From Candidatus Bathyarchaeota archaeon (lineage in GTDB: Archaea; Thermoproteota; Bathyarchaeia; Bathyarchaeales; Bathycorpusculaceae): a stretch of 64,000 bases of DNA. The position numbers were made by a program, and so were the translations under genes. This document shows, one piece after another, positions 51,163 through 61,107 of the stretch. Each line of letters starts with the position of its first letter. Position 1 is the first letter of the stretch. Location of the stretch: NCBI GenBank assembly GCA_963702095.1, contig OY969706.1:1312001-1376000 (forward strand), written 5' to 3'. The notes beneath the pieces were generated by a model. That model was not told where the DNA came from. It saw only the letters and a list, made by a program, of their open reading frames with translations, and searched no databases.

Positions 51163-51244
51163 CAGCCAAGAAGGGATTTGGAAAACTCGAAACTGGCCGA
51201 AAGCCCAAACTGCCCAAAAACCCCTTCATTTCCCTTCTTGGTTG
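51163..51244 (+). promoter_or_regulatory. Structured 5' leader candidate
   Basis: Perfect 11-bp stem CCAAGAAGGGA (51166) / TCCCTTCTTGG (51231) enclosing GGC-CGAAA-GCC. Confidence 0.45.
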
Positions 51245-51267
51245 CCCCTTCCAAATAAGGTGTTAAC

Positions 51268-52736
51268 ATGGGAATACTCAACAGAGCGGTACGGAACATT
51301 TCAAGACGAAAAATACGCGCTTTACTAGTAATCATCGCCTTAGGTTTCTCTATGGCTATTATGATTTCAATACCCGCTGGTGTAATGGCTAATCAGCAAG
51401 AAGCCACCAACCTAGCCTCAAATTTAGGCAATACCATAACTGAAACTGGCCAATCGATCAACCAGACGTTGTCTCAGCTGGATTTGAGTTTGGCATCTGA
51501 ATTCTCAGGTTTCGGCTTCCAACGACCCAACTCAACTTCTTCCTCAGGTCAAATTGGTGGTCCATCCTCAGGTGGACAAGGGGGAGGCGACTTTGTTTTT
51601 GACCCCAGCCAATTCGGAGGCGGCATGGGTGGCGGTCAAGGACAATTCGGAGGCGGCGTGCTGGGAGGCGGACAAGTCAGCCCCATGAACGAAAGCCTAT
51701 ACAACGACATCAACAGCACCATCTCGGGCATAGCAGCTGTAGAACCTATCCTCACGGCTTCAGAAGGAAGCAACGAAACCATATCCTTTATGGGTCGAAG
51801 CTTCACCCGTCAACTCACAGAATACACAATCGAGGGTATTCCGTTAACTTCAGACTTAGTCAACAACTACGATATCCTCCCAACAAACATTACGGAAGGA
51901 CAGAATCTGGCGGCAGGCGACAGCGGAGTTGTTCTGTTAAGCGAAAATAACTCCCAATACTTCGATGCAGGCGTCGGCGACACAATATCAATTCTGGGTC
52001 AGGATTTCCAGGTGATCGGCATTCATGGAACCACCTCTACCTCAGATGGATTAGTGCTCTACATGAACCTCTCTGACGCTCAAGCCATCACAAACAACAC
52101 CGGCTACATCACAAGCATACGCGTCTTCGCCACCAACGCCGACGTAGTGACTTCACTTGCAACCAAGATAAGCTCAATGCATTCAGAACTAAGCGTCACA
52201 ACAGGTCAAGAACGATTAAACCAGCTCCAAGCCATACAATCCACCTACACGGCTGCCTTAGAAAACGCACAAGCATCAATCGATAGCACCCAAACCACCG
52301 CAACCATAGAAATCGCCATCGTCGTTGCAGCAACAAGCCTAATAGTGCTCTTCGTTATGCTTTTCACCGTTCGAGAACGCACCAAAGAAATCGGCACCCT
52401 CAAAGCCATCGGTTTCAGCAACGGCACTGTCATGGGTCAATTCCTACTCGAAGGCATCATGCTTGCTGCAATCGCAGGCTTGGTGGGTATTGCAATCGGT
52501 GTGTTTGCGGCTCCGCAAATCGCGTCTTTGGTGTTATCCTCATCAAGCGCAAGCAGTGTAGCCCAAGGCGTAGCTGCCACCCGATTCTTAGGTGGTTCAA
52601 CCGTTAGCGCCACTTTAACCCCGACACTTATCCTGCGGGTTTCGGCGCAGCCATAGCGCTTGGAGCAGTAGGTAGCCTATACCCCGCGTGGAGAGCGTCA
52701 AAGATTAGACCGGCTGAGGCGATGAGATATGAGTAA
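51268..52736 (+). CDS. MacB/FtsX-type permease with frameshift near 52634
   Basis: ERTKEIGTLKAIG; the canonical end GSLYPAWRASKIRPAEAMRYE lies in another frame ending at 52736. Confidence 0.85.
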
Positions 52737-53539
52737 ACCAGTACTAGAAAATCGAGAACCTAAACAAAACATACATGCTGGGCAAACGCCCCGTACAGGC
52801 ATTAACCAATCTGACCATTAAAGTTAACAAAGGCGAATTCATTGCAATCATGGGTCCCAGTGGATCAGGCAAGACCACACTGCTAAACATCATCGGCTGC
52901 ATCGATAAACCAACAAGCGGCAAAGTCCTCTTAGACGACATAGACGTAGCAGGCATGCCTGAGAACCAACTCTACAAGGTACGCCGTAACAAGATGGGCT
53001 TCATATTCCAATCCTTCAATCTGCTACCGTACTTAAGCGCCATAGAAAACGTTGAGTTACCCATGGAAGGCAAAATAGGCAACAAGGTGGAACGCAGGAA
53101 ACGTGCAAGCGAACTGATTAAGATAGTTGGCCTTGCAGGCAGAGAGAACCATCGTCCCCCGCGCCTTAGCCAAGGTGAACAACAGCGTGTTGCCATTGCA
53201 CGGGCATTAGCCAACGACCCCGCAATTATCCTTGCAGACGAACCCACAGGCAACTTGGATAGCAAAAACAAAACTGAAATCATCAAGCTGTTGGCAAACC
53301 TTAACTTGACTCAGGGTACAACAATAATCATGGTTACCCACGATAGCCAAGCTGCTAACCATACTGAACGTATGTTGCTGCTTAAAGATGGTAAAATATC
53401 GAAGGAAAAACAGGGATTGCATTTAGCCAAGAAACAAAATAAATGTCCTCACTGCGGAGCCGAAATAAAAGTCACCGACGACGTCTGTTCTCAATGCAAG
53501 AACCCGCTGTTTGAAACAGACGAGTTCTCGAGTTCTTAG
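52729..53539 (+). CDS. LolD-type ABC ATPase with C-terminal zinc ribbon; extra A near 52750
   Basis: MSKPVLE/IENLNKTYMLG split by a 1-nt shift; GPSGSGKTT, DEPTGN, CPHC..CSQC. Confidence 0.85.
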
Positions 53540-53550
53540 AGGCAAATTCA

Positions 53551-54831
53551 ATGGAGCAACCGCAACAGGAAGCTGAATCCAAACAACCCATAATTATACA
53601 GCAAACTCAGCCACCCCAAGAACCTCAACCACACCCCCCAACATATTCCCCCATTCCGCCTCCTCCACCGAAAAAACACCGCCGATTTTCGACGTTGGCT
53701 ATCCTTGGGTTAGTGTTGATTGCTTTGCTCGCAGGAGGCTTCATTGGGTATGCAGTGACATACTCAGAGTTTAATTCTAAATTGCTGGATTTACAATCAC
53801 AAATAGGTCTCTCCAGCGGCGCACCCAGTGGCGTCCAAACTTATGTGCTTAACGATAACGTTTCGCTTGCAAGCCTCTACCAACACGTGAAGTCGTCGGT
53901 AGTTGTAGTTCAAGATTTGGTGCCCGTGACCAGCTTTTTTGGTGGACGAGGCTACAGTGGCCAACAGGGTTCTGGGTTCATAGCTGAAGTCAACAATCAA
54001 AAGGTTATAGTGACCAACAACCACGTCATCGAAGGTGCGATCAACATTACAGTGACCTTTGCAAACGGCGACAGTTACCCCGCAGAAGTTCTGGGACACG
54101 ATGCAAAAGCTGACCTTGCAGTACTGAGCACCCAAATGCCCAGCGATGCTCCAGCTCTAAGCCTGGTAAGTTCCGCAACACTTAGCGTCGGCGACCCCGT
54201 CGTAGCTGTAGGTTCCCCCTATGGACTCTCAGGAACATTAACGACCGGCGTCGTCAGTGCATTGGGCAGAACCATCGTTGAAGACTCCAGTACCAACCAA
54301 AACGGGCAAAGCATTCCAGATATGATTCAAACAAGCACCGCCATAAACCCCGGCAACTCAGGTGGACCCCTACTTAACTATGCGGGCGAAGCGGTCGGCA
54401 TAACAACTGCCGGCATCAGCGACTCTGAAAGCTTAGGCTTCGCCATACCTTCCTCAACCATAATCCGCGAGTTGCCCACGCTTGTTTCCTCTGGCTCCTA
54501 TGACCAGCACCCATCTATAAATGCAGCCGGCACTGACATGACCTACTCCATTGCACAAGCCATGGGCGCAAGCGTCACTTACGGCTTCCTAGTGGAGAGC
54601 GTTTCAGTGCAGAACGGTTTGCATGGCGGCAACGTCCAGAAAGTCGTTGGGAGTTCAACAGTCATTCTAGGCGGCGACATCATTGTTGCGGTGAACAATC
54701 AACGTGTAACCAACACTGACAGCTTGTTATCTTACCTTGAGCAGCATGCGCTTCCGGGACAAACAGTGTCGTTTACGGTGGTGCGTGATGGACAGCAGCA
54801 GGATGTTTCGGTGACGATAGGTAAAGCCTAA
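53551..54831 (+). CDS. htrA: HtrA/DegP-like membrane serine protease with PDZ domain
   Basis: TNNHV, DLAV, GNSGGPL, GDIIVAV. Confidence 0.92.
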   Translation: MEQPQQEAESKQPIIIQQTQPPQEPQPHPPTYSPIPPPPPKKHRRFSTLAILGLVLIALLAGGFIGYAVTYSEFNSKLLDLQSQIGLSSGAPSGVQTYVLNDNVSLASLYQHVKSSVVVVQDLVPVTSFFGGRGYSGQQGSGFIAEVNNQKVIVTNNHVIEGAINITVTFANGDSYPAEVLGHDAKADLAVLSTQMPSDAPALSLVSSATLSVGDPVVAVGSPYGLSGTLTTGVVSALGRTIVEDSSTNQNGQSIPDMIQTSTAINPGNSGGPLLNYAGEAVGITTAGISDSESLGFAIPSSTIIRELPTLVSSGSYDQHPSINAAGTDMTYSIAQAMGASVTYGFLVESVSVQNGLHGGNVQKVVGSSTVILGGDIIVAVNNQRVTNTDSLLSYLEQHALPGQTVSFTVVRDGQQQDVSVTIGKA

Positions 54832-54864
54832 GCTCCACCCTTTTATCCATTTATTTACTCCTTT

Positions 54865-55128
54865 TTATGGGGTGGCTGTGACTTCTTGTACTTCAGTGAT
54901 GGACGCAATCGGTATATCAAGTTGCTCCTGTAACACTTCGAGCACTGCATCCTCATTGGGGCCCTCGATGACGAAGGCAACGCGTCCTTCTCCTCCACAG
55001 CAGTAGCATGATTTGGCTTCGATGTCTTTGAATTTGCCTCTGGCAAGCATTTTTGCTGCTCCTTCGGCGCATGTTTTGGGGTCTTTCCCTGAGCGAAGGA
55101 TGGCTGAATCAACTAAATATCTTGGCAT
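54865..55128 (-). CDS. Small DUF4242/DUF3303-like protein
   Basis: MPRYLV...AFVIEGPNEDAV...ITEV pattern, CYCC motif. Confidence 0.6.
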   Translation of the reverse strand: MPRYLVDSAILRSGKDPKTCAEGAAKMLARGKFKDIEAKSCYCCGGEGRVAFVIEGPNEDAVLEVLQEQLDIPIASITEVQEVTATP

Positions 55129-55163
55129 AAAATTCCCTTACATATTTAGGGTGTTCTTGCTTA

Positions 55164-55403
55164 ATGCTTCTTGTTGTAGGATTTGTGCAGTCACATATTA
55201 TTATATCCAGTGTTTGGTGGAGGTATGGTAAGGTGGTAGATTTGGCACAGGCATTGTTTAAATGTCCCTTCTGTGATGCTCCAGCTTGGCGTACCCGTTT
55301 GATGTTTTGGAAACATATGCATGAATGCATCCGCAAAAACAGTGGGTATAATCCAACTGTCGGTGTTGATTCAGAGAAAATGGCTGTTGTAGCCAGCCCA
55401 TAG
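55164..55403 (+). CDS. Small Zn-finger protein (start uncertain)
   Basis: FKCPFC...FWKHMHEC. Confidence 0.5.
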   Translation: MLLVVGFVQSHIIISSVWWRYGKVVDLAQALFKCPFCDAPAWRTRLMFWKHMHECIRKNSGYNPTVGVDSEKMAVVASP

Positions 55404-55510
55404 CTAATTTTTTTAGGTTATTCCCTTTACCGCATATTTCCTTTTTGACAAATTTTAAACAGAGTTAACTGTATTTAAGATCTGATAATAAAAAATAAAA
55501 GATTTAGTGC

Positions 55511-55819
55511 TTAAACAACGGTTAGAGTCAAAGTTGATTTGATGCTGTTGATGTTTCTTATCCGTTTAAGCACATCTTCACGTATGTGATCAAATGAGTT
55601 GCCGCTGACTTTAGCCACAATATCATATGCGCCCCTTGCAAGGTACACTTCGTCGACTTCATCGATTTTACGCAGGTCTTCTATGGCAGCAAGACTTGAC
55701 TCCGACTCAGCCGTTATAAAAACAAAAGCGCTACGCCTAATCCGTTGAGCAGCCGGCTCATCCACTGAAGCGGTTACTTCTGCTCCAATCTGTTCAAAAA
55801 CATTCTCCAAAAAATTCAA
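55511..55819 (-). CDS. Lrp/AsnC ligand-binding domain protein
   Basis: AFVFI...GAYDIVAKV...IKSTLTL. Confidence 0.85.
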   Translation of the reverse strand: MNFLENVFEQIGAEVTASVDEPAAQRIRRSAFVFITAESESSLAAIEDLRKIDEVDEVYLARGAYDIVAKVSGNSFDHIREDVLKRIRNINSIKSTLTLTVV

Positions 55820-55943
55820 CTTCCTTTTAATAGATTATTCTCTTGGAATATCTATTAAAGCTGCGTTGCTGTCTTGCGGCAACAACAAAACGTTATAAGC
55901 AGAGAAACGGGTGCTGCAAGAAACCAGAGAAAGAAGGGGATGG

Positions 55944-56486
55944 TTACCCATTGGTTGTTTTCATATCAATTAGCGAAAACACTTCGTATTTGTCGCCTAA
56001 GAGTTTGCGTCCGCCCAAATAGTTCAGCTCGATTAGGAATCCTAATCCTGCGACTTTACCGCCTAGTTTTTCGACTAATTCTATGTTGGCTTTTACTGTT
56101 CCGCCTGTTGCCAATAAGTCATCTATGATTAACACGTTTTGGCCTTTTGAAATGGCGTCTTCATGGATTTGGATGGTGTCTTTGCTGTATTCGGTTTGGT
56201 AGGTGTAGTCGAGGCATTTGTAGGGTAATTTACCTTTTTTGCGGATTGGGACAAAACCAACGCCTAACTCGTAAGCCAACGGTGCGCCGACGATGAATCC
56301 GCGGGCTTCGTTGGAGACGATAACGTCGATTTTTTTGCCTCTATAGTGGTCTGCGAGTTGCTTTATGGTTTCTTTGTAGCATACGGGGTCTTTTAGGAGG
56401 GTTGTTATGTCCCAGAATACTACGCCTTTGAATTCGGGGATTCTACGGACTTTGCTTTTCAAATCGATTTTGTCGGTTTTATTCAT
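55944..56486 (-). CDS. apt: Adenine phosphoribosyltransferase
   Basis: FWDITTLL, EARGFI, IRKKGKLP, IIDDLLATGGT; ATG at 56486 after AGGAG. Confidence 0.95.
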   Translation of the reverse strand: MNKTDKIDLKSKVRRIPEFKGVVFWDITTLLKDPVCYKETIKQLADHYRGKKIDVIVSNEARGFIVGAPLAYELGVGFVPIRKKGKLPYKCLDYTYQTEYSKDTIQIHEDAISKGQNVLIIDDLLATGGTVKANIELVEKLGGKVAGLGFLIELNYLGGRKLLGDKYEVFSLIDMKTTNG

Positions 56487-56500
56487 GTCAATTTCTCCTG

Positions 56501-57292
56501 TTAAGCAAATGCGCCGGTTAAGGCGTGGCTGCATTGGCAACTGCATTCGCTGGGGGTTTTGGCGATGGTTTCAGCGATTATGCGTTTAACGTTGTCGATG
56601 CCTGTTTTCATGGTGTTAACGATGTCGTCAACGCATACTGCGTGGTCTTTCCAGCAGTCATAGTCGGTGACCGTGGATATGTTTGAATAACAGATTTCCG
56701 CTTCCCGTGCCAAAACAACTTCGGGAACCATCGTCATGCCGATGATGTCTGCACCCCATTTCTGGTACATGCGGGATTCAGCTTTTGTTGAGAACCGTGG
56801 TCCCTCGATGCAGACGTATGTGCCTGTTGGGTGGTTTTTGATTTTTAGGCTGTTGGCTACGTCGATTATGGTTTGGTGGAGTTGTGGGCACATGGGTTCA
56901 GCGACGGATATGTGGCATACTTTGCCTTCTGAGAGGGTGTAGAATGATTGTTCTCTTTTGGTTGTGCGGTCGATGAATTGGTCGGCGAAGACTATGTCGC
57001 CTGGCTGGTAATCCTCGCGCAGTGACCCAACGGTTGAAGCTGCCAGAATGCGTTTTACGCCCAAGCGTTTGAGCGCCCAGATGTTGGCTCTTACGTTGAT
57101 GTCTGTGGGGCGTATGGTGTGCAGTTTTCCATGTCGTGGCAGAAACGCCACGGTTTTGCCGCCTAGTTCGCCGACTGTGATGGCGTCGGAGGGTTTCCCG
57201 TAGGGTGACTCTAAAGTGATTTCCTGTATGTTTTTGAGAAGTTTGGGGTCGTAGAGACCTGTTCCGCCGATTACTCCAAATTCAACTTGCAT
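56501..57292 (-). CDS. mtaP: S-methyl-5'-thioadenosine phosphorylase
   Basis: GVIGGTG, FLPRHG, EGPRFSTKAES, GMT, TDYDCW. Confidence 0.93.
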   Translation of the reverse strand: MQVEFGVIGGTGLYDPKLLKNIQEITLESPYGKPSDAITVGELGGKTVAFLPRHGKLHTIRPTDINVRANIWALKRLGVKRILAASTVGSLREDYQPGDIVFADQFIDRTTKREQSFYTLSEGKVCHISVAEPMCPQLHQTIIDVANSLKIKNHPTGTYVCIEGPRFSTKAESRMYQKWGADIIGMTMVPEVVLAREAEICYSNISTVTDYDCWKDHAVCVDDIVNTMKTGIDNVKRIIAETIAKTPSECSCQCSHALTGAFA

Positions 57293-57391
57293 AGCTTTAA
57301 CTGCAAGCGCTGGGTTTATAAAAATAGCGACTCTGAGCCGACGTTTGCTGCTCTGCCGCTACCTCCCCTCCCATATTTACCGATGGATCAA

Positions 57392-57527
57392 ATTTTTCTA
57401 TAGTTGTTGTTGCAGAAGACCCCCTATACACAACAACAACCCGCCGAATGTAGGGTGCAATGCTTTTTGGGGTAGGCGTCGGATTTGAAATGCTGGTTGG
57501 TTGTAGAGCAAACTACAAGCAGAACAG
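57392..57527 (-). repeat. Dispersed repeat family B, full copy
   Basis: Reverse complement CTGTTCTGCTTG...CAACCAACCAGCA...GTTGTTGTTG-TGTATAGGGGG-TCTTCT-GCAACAACAAC. Confidence 0.88.
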
Positions 57528-57556
57528 TATGGTTTGTCTTTCGGCAGCTATGAGCA

Positions 57557-58522
57557 CTACGAGAAAGGGGGTACTGTTTGTCGAAGGGTTAGCTGGCTTG
57601 ATGAATTACTCTGCTTTGATTTGCCTAAGGGCATACGGCTCCTTTCGTAAGTAGCTATTGCTAATGCTGCAATTACCGCTGCCAAAACTGTGATAACAAC
57701 AACAAAAATCAAAGATGAAAAAGGCTCTGACGGCGCTTCAATAATGAAATTGACTGTTTGAGATACACCCATAACACCCGCTGTATCGTTAGCGTAAACT
57801 GCTAAAGTGTGATTTCCAAACGTTAACCCCGTCAACGATGAATTTCCCGTAAAGGTAACGTTGTCCTGGTTGTCTAAACTGTAACCTACCCAAGAAACAG
57901 GCACATCAGTTGTAAAGTTAAGTGACAAGTCCTTTGAAGAATAGCTTATGTTTTCAGGAGAAAAAACCTTAATCACAGGCGCCCGCACCGTAAAATTGAG
58001 GGTAGCTTGCGCAACCTCAACCTCATCACGTGGTGGATTGTTTATCATCCTTGCGATCCATTTTCCATAAACAGTTATACTGTGATCTCCAACTGGTAAC
58101 AGAGGCAAAACAACTGACCCGTTCATGTTTACCTGCCAATAGTGAGGATCAATTTCCGCCAGCTCTATATGCATAGTGTAGTTTACTGATCCATCAATGC
58201 TGTATGTTATAAGTATCTCGATGTTACCCACCTTAAACACACGGCCATTGATGCTGAGCATTCTTGAGGGAAGGGTGTAACTAACTTCAAAACTGCCGCC
58301 GCCAAAACCACCTCGAAATATGCCTTTTGCCGTAATTGACGTGGAACCAGTCGGTGATAAAGCTGACTGCATCGGTCCTGATGAATTTGTAAGCTCCGGA
58401 TATAGGGAAGAGGATTTTTGTGGGATAGGCGGCTGTTCAGGAAAAAAAGATCCAGCATCAGTCGAGGATACTGAGGATATAACGAGAATCATCAAAAGTG
58501 CTAATGTTATCTTTCCTCTCAA
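57557..58522 (-). CDS. Secreted Ig-like surface protein with EPF-TM anchor
   Basis: Signal peptide, YSLDNQDNVT...GNHTLAVYANDTAG, SEPF + TM helix. Confidence 0.82.
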   Translation of the reverse strand: MRGKITLALLMILVISSVSSTDAGSFFPEQPPIPQKSSSLYPELTNSSGPMQSALSPTGSTSITAKGIFRGGFGGGSFEVSYTLPSRMLSINGRVFKVGNIEILITYSIDGSVNYTMHIELAEIDPHYWQVNMNGSVVLPLLPVGDHSITVYGKWIARMINNPPRDEVEVAQATLNFTVRAPVIKVFSPENISYSSKDLSLNFTTDVPVSWVGYSLDNQDNVTFTGNSSLTGLTFGNHTLAVYANDTAGVMGVSQTVNFIIEAPSEPFSSLIFVVVITVLAAVIAALAIATYERSRMPLGKSKQSNSSSQLTLRQTVPPFS

Positions 58523-58860
58523 TTCTTATCCTCTCATGTTGTGACTTTCATTGATTCTTAGGAATAGTTTCTTTTAGTTCTATTCAGAGAACGAAACGTT
58601 CCAAAGCTGGAACACCGCATGATGAAGAACGCTGTTTAAGGTAAGTCAAGGTTTGAGAAAGTGTAAAAATCGCCCTTTTCCTACGCTTTTAATCGGTGAT
58701 TTGAGCGATTTTTATTCAATTCTGCCTCGGTGTGAATATGAAAGAATAGAGTCTTTCTTTGGGATCAACAAATGGCAATGAACCAGCAAACCAGCCCACA
58801 ACCCCAGAGACAGGTTACTTATAAAAGCAAAACCTTAGCTAAGATACTTACCGATATAGA

Positions 58861-59247
58861 ATGCGCATAAAGGTTTCAAAAAACAAGATAGCTTCACTGA
58901 TTTATGCTACCGCTTTATTGGTTACATTAATTGCCGGTTTCGTTCTATACTTTTCGAACAACCTCCACTATATTTTCTGGGTATCCTCTGCCTTTGTCGC
59001 CGTTTATCTACTGTTTGTGGCGTTTTTTTCAGAGCAATATTCGCCTTACTTTAGGAAGCATGCTTCAACCTACCGGGTAATTTTAGTTGTTGCTTTTGCA
59101 TTCTTAGTAATAGCCTTGCTCATTAGACCTACTTTCTATCTTGCGATTACTCTTATTGGACTGCTCGTATTTGACGTAACTCTTGGCATGATTCTAATTG
59201 TCGTATGGGACCAAAACAATTTAAAGAAAAAACAGACAGGACTCTAA
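58861..59247 (+). CDS. Hypothetical membrane protein
   Basis: About 4 TM helices, AT-rich. Confidence 0.65.
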   Translation: MRIKVSKNKIASLIYATALLVTLIAGFVLYFSNNLHYIFWVSSAFVAVYLLFVAFFSEQYSPYFRKHASTYRVILVVAFAFLVIALLIRPTFYLAITLIGLLVFDVTLGMILIVVWDQNNLKKKQTGL

Positions 59248-59792
59248 AGCTGTGCTTTTGCCGCGTCAGTATAGATGTTTAAGTCACGCTCTGAGAAGAG
59301 CACAAACGTGACCAACTCAAGCTTATCCTCTTTTTCCAAGAAGTCCTTCACTGCCCCAAGTGCCACCACCGCAGCCTCATCCGTCGGGTACCCATAAGCG
59401 CCCGTGCTGATCGATGGAAACGCAACAGACTTCAAACCGTTTGCAACCGCCAGTTTTAGGCTGTTCCAATATGCCCTCCGCAGCAGCTTCGATTCGTCGT
59501 AGAGTCCTCCCCGCCAAATCGGCCCAACCGTGTGGATTACATGTTTGGCTTTGAGGTTGCCTCCGGTTGTGATGACGGCGTTTCCCGTTGGCAATCCGTC
59601 GGGCCATTCTTTGGCACGTATGCGTTTGCATTCTTCGAGGATTTTTGGGCCGCCTCTGCTGTGGATAGCTCCGTCAACGCCTCCACCCCCAAGCAGTGTC
59701 GAGTTTGCCGCGTTTATGATGGCGTCGGCTTCTTGATCGGTTATGTCGCCTTTGACTAGTTGCAGGGTTGCGTTTCCAATTTTATATTCCAT
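59244..59792 (-). CDS. Macrodomain protein (YmdB-like O-acetyl-ADP-ribose deacetylase)
   Basis: GDIT, INAAN...GGGGVDGAIH, IHTVGP, AFPSISTGAYGYP. Confidence 0.95.
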   Translation of the reverse strand: MEYKIGNATLQLVKGDITDQEADAIINAANSTLLGGGGVDGAIHSRGGPKILEECKRIRAKEWPDGLPTGNAVITTGGNLKAKHVIHTVGPIWRGGLYDESKLLRRAYWNSLKLAVANGLKSVAFPSISTGAYGYPTDEAAVVALGAVKDFLEKEDKLELVTFVLFSERDLNIYTDAAKAQL

Positions 59793-59822
59793 AAAACAGA
59801 CTACGGCGTTCCCGCTATTATA

Positions 59823-60455
59823 CTATGTCAACAGCGACCAGAGGGCTGAACCCATAAAGAACAAGCCAAAACCGATGAAAACTGCCGCACAGAAAAGCGT
59901 GATACTCATTCGGATTTGGTCGTTCCAGAACCGCTGGGACTTAAAAATCAAGAACGCTGCAGCAGTGTACACCGCAAGATCGACTGACCAATGGACCCCC
60001 GCGAAGATGGAGAAGCCCAATAGCCCAAACAGCTTTGCGTTCAATATTAGCGTGGTGCCGATGGTTAACCACCAGAGGATGAACCCTGCGTTGGCTGCTG
60101 TTGTGTACGCCCCTGCTACAACCGATTCGCGTTTGGCGCTGGATGAGACATTTTCTGGTTTGTGGCGGCTGCGGAAGGTCTGTACGCCCATAAACACCAT
60201 CAGGGCACCGCCGACTAACCCCACGGCAACCTGCACAACTGGGGGTATCTCGAATTCGCTTAGTACAAAGAAAATCAGAAACATCAACGGAAACTCAACA
60301 ATCCCGTGCCCGACGGCGATGAGCGCCCCTGAAACCTTGCTTGTAGCCGCTTTTTTAATTGTCACAGCGAACAGCGGCCCGGGCATAAGAACGCCTGAGA
60401 GTGAAATCAGCAGAACCGAAGCCAAGAACACATAGAAGTCAGTGATGTACGCCAA
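59823..60455 (-). CDS. LysE-family translocator
   Basis: SGVLMPGP, GHGIVE, NAGFILWW. Confidence 0.88.
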   Translation of the reverse strand: MAYITDFYVFLASVLLISLSGVLMPGPLFAVTIKKAATSKVSGALIAVGHGIVEFPLMFLIFFVLSEFEIPPVVQVAVGLVGGALMVFMGVQTFRSRHKPENVSSSAKRESVVAGAYTTAANAGFILWWLTIGTTLILNAKLFGLLGFSIFAGVHWSVDLAVYTAAAFLIFKSQRFWNDQIRMSITLFCAAVFIGFGLFFMGSALWSLLT

Positions 60456-60528
60456 ACGTCAATCTCCGCCATCGTTTAACCATTTTCTGCAGGCACGGCT
60501 ATAAGGGTTTCACGTCTCGGCAGGCGCA

Positions 60529-61107
60529 TTATTCAAATACGTTCTTGGCTGGTTCGCGTTTCTGTTTTGTGAGCAGCCTCTTTTGCATCTCCACGATATC
60601 CGCGCTGTCCTTCGCGGTCACGTAATTGTCCAGCAACATTTGGTTTAACTCAAAAAACGTGTGCCCCCACGGAAAAATCTCCAAAACCTTCTCGGCTTCT
60701 TCTTTGAAGCCTGCAATGTAGAGGGCTGCAGCGATGGCTTCAGCCGTTGTCAACTTTGTAAGCTTGCCAAAATTAACGGGGTTACCCGCAATGAGGATCG
60801 GTAAGCATCGGCTAGTTCCCCGTACATGTTCACCCATCACCTTCTGAGCATGTTCCCAACTGCAATCCAGCGCAGCCAACCCAAACTGTTCAAGCCGCTC
60901 GTGGTCAGCGGGGGAAAAAGCGATTTCGCCAAAGGGATTGAGCACTATGGCTCGATTTGGCAAAAATTTTACTTTCGTAACGATTCTTGCAAGTCCCCGT
61001 CGCTTCAACCTTAAAGCAGTGTTCTTTTTTGGGTCATCTTGGGCTGCATGGTAAATGGTGATTCGGACAGGCAGGTTCTGCTCGGGCCTTTCTGGTTCAG
61101 TGTCCAT
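60529..61107 (-). CDS. tsr3: rRNA aminocarboxypropyltransferase Tsr3
   Basis: DDPKKNT, ALDCSW, LPILIAGNPVNFG, EAIAAAL, FPWGHTF. Confidence 0.92.
   Translation of the reverse strand: MDTEPERPEQNLPVRITIYHAAQDDPKKNTALRLKRRGLARIVTKVKFLPNRAIVLNPFGEIAFSPADHERLEQFGLAALDCSWEHAQKVMGEHVRGTSRCLPILIAGNPVNFGKLTKLTTAEAIAAALYIAGFKEEAEKVLEIFPWGHTFFELNQMLLDNYVTAKDSADIVEMQKRLLTKQKREPAKNVFE

Noticed and set aside
58775-58815. Additional family B fragment (AACCAGCAAACCAGCCCACAAC)
   Set aside because: Similarity is short and low-complexity, so it cannot be supported by eye.
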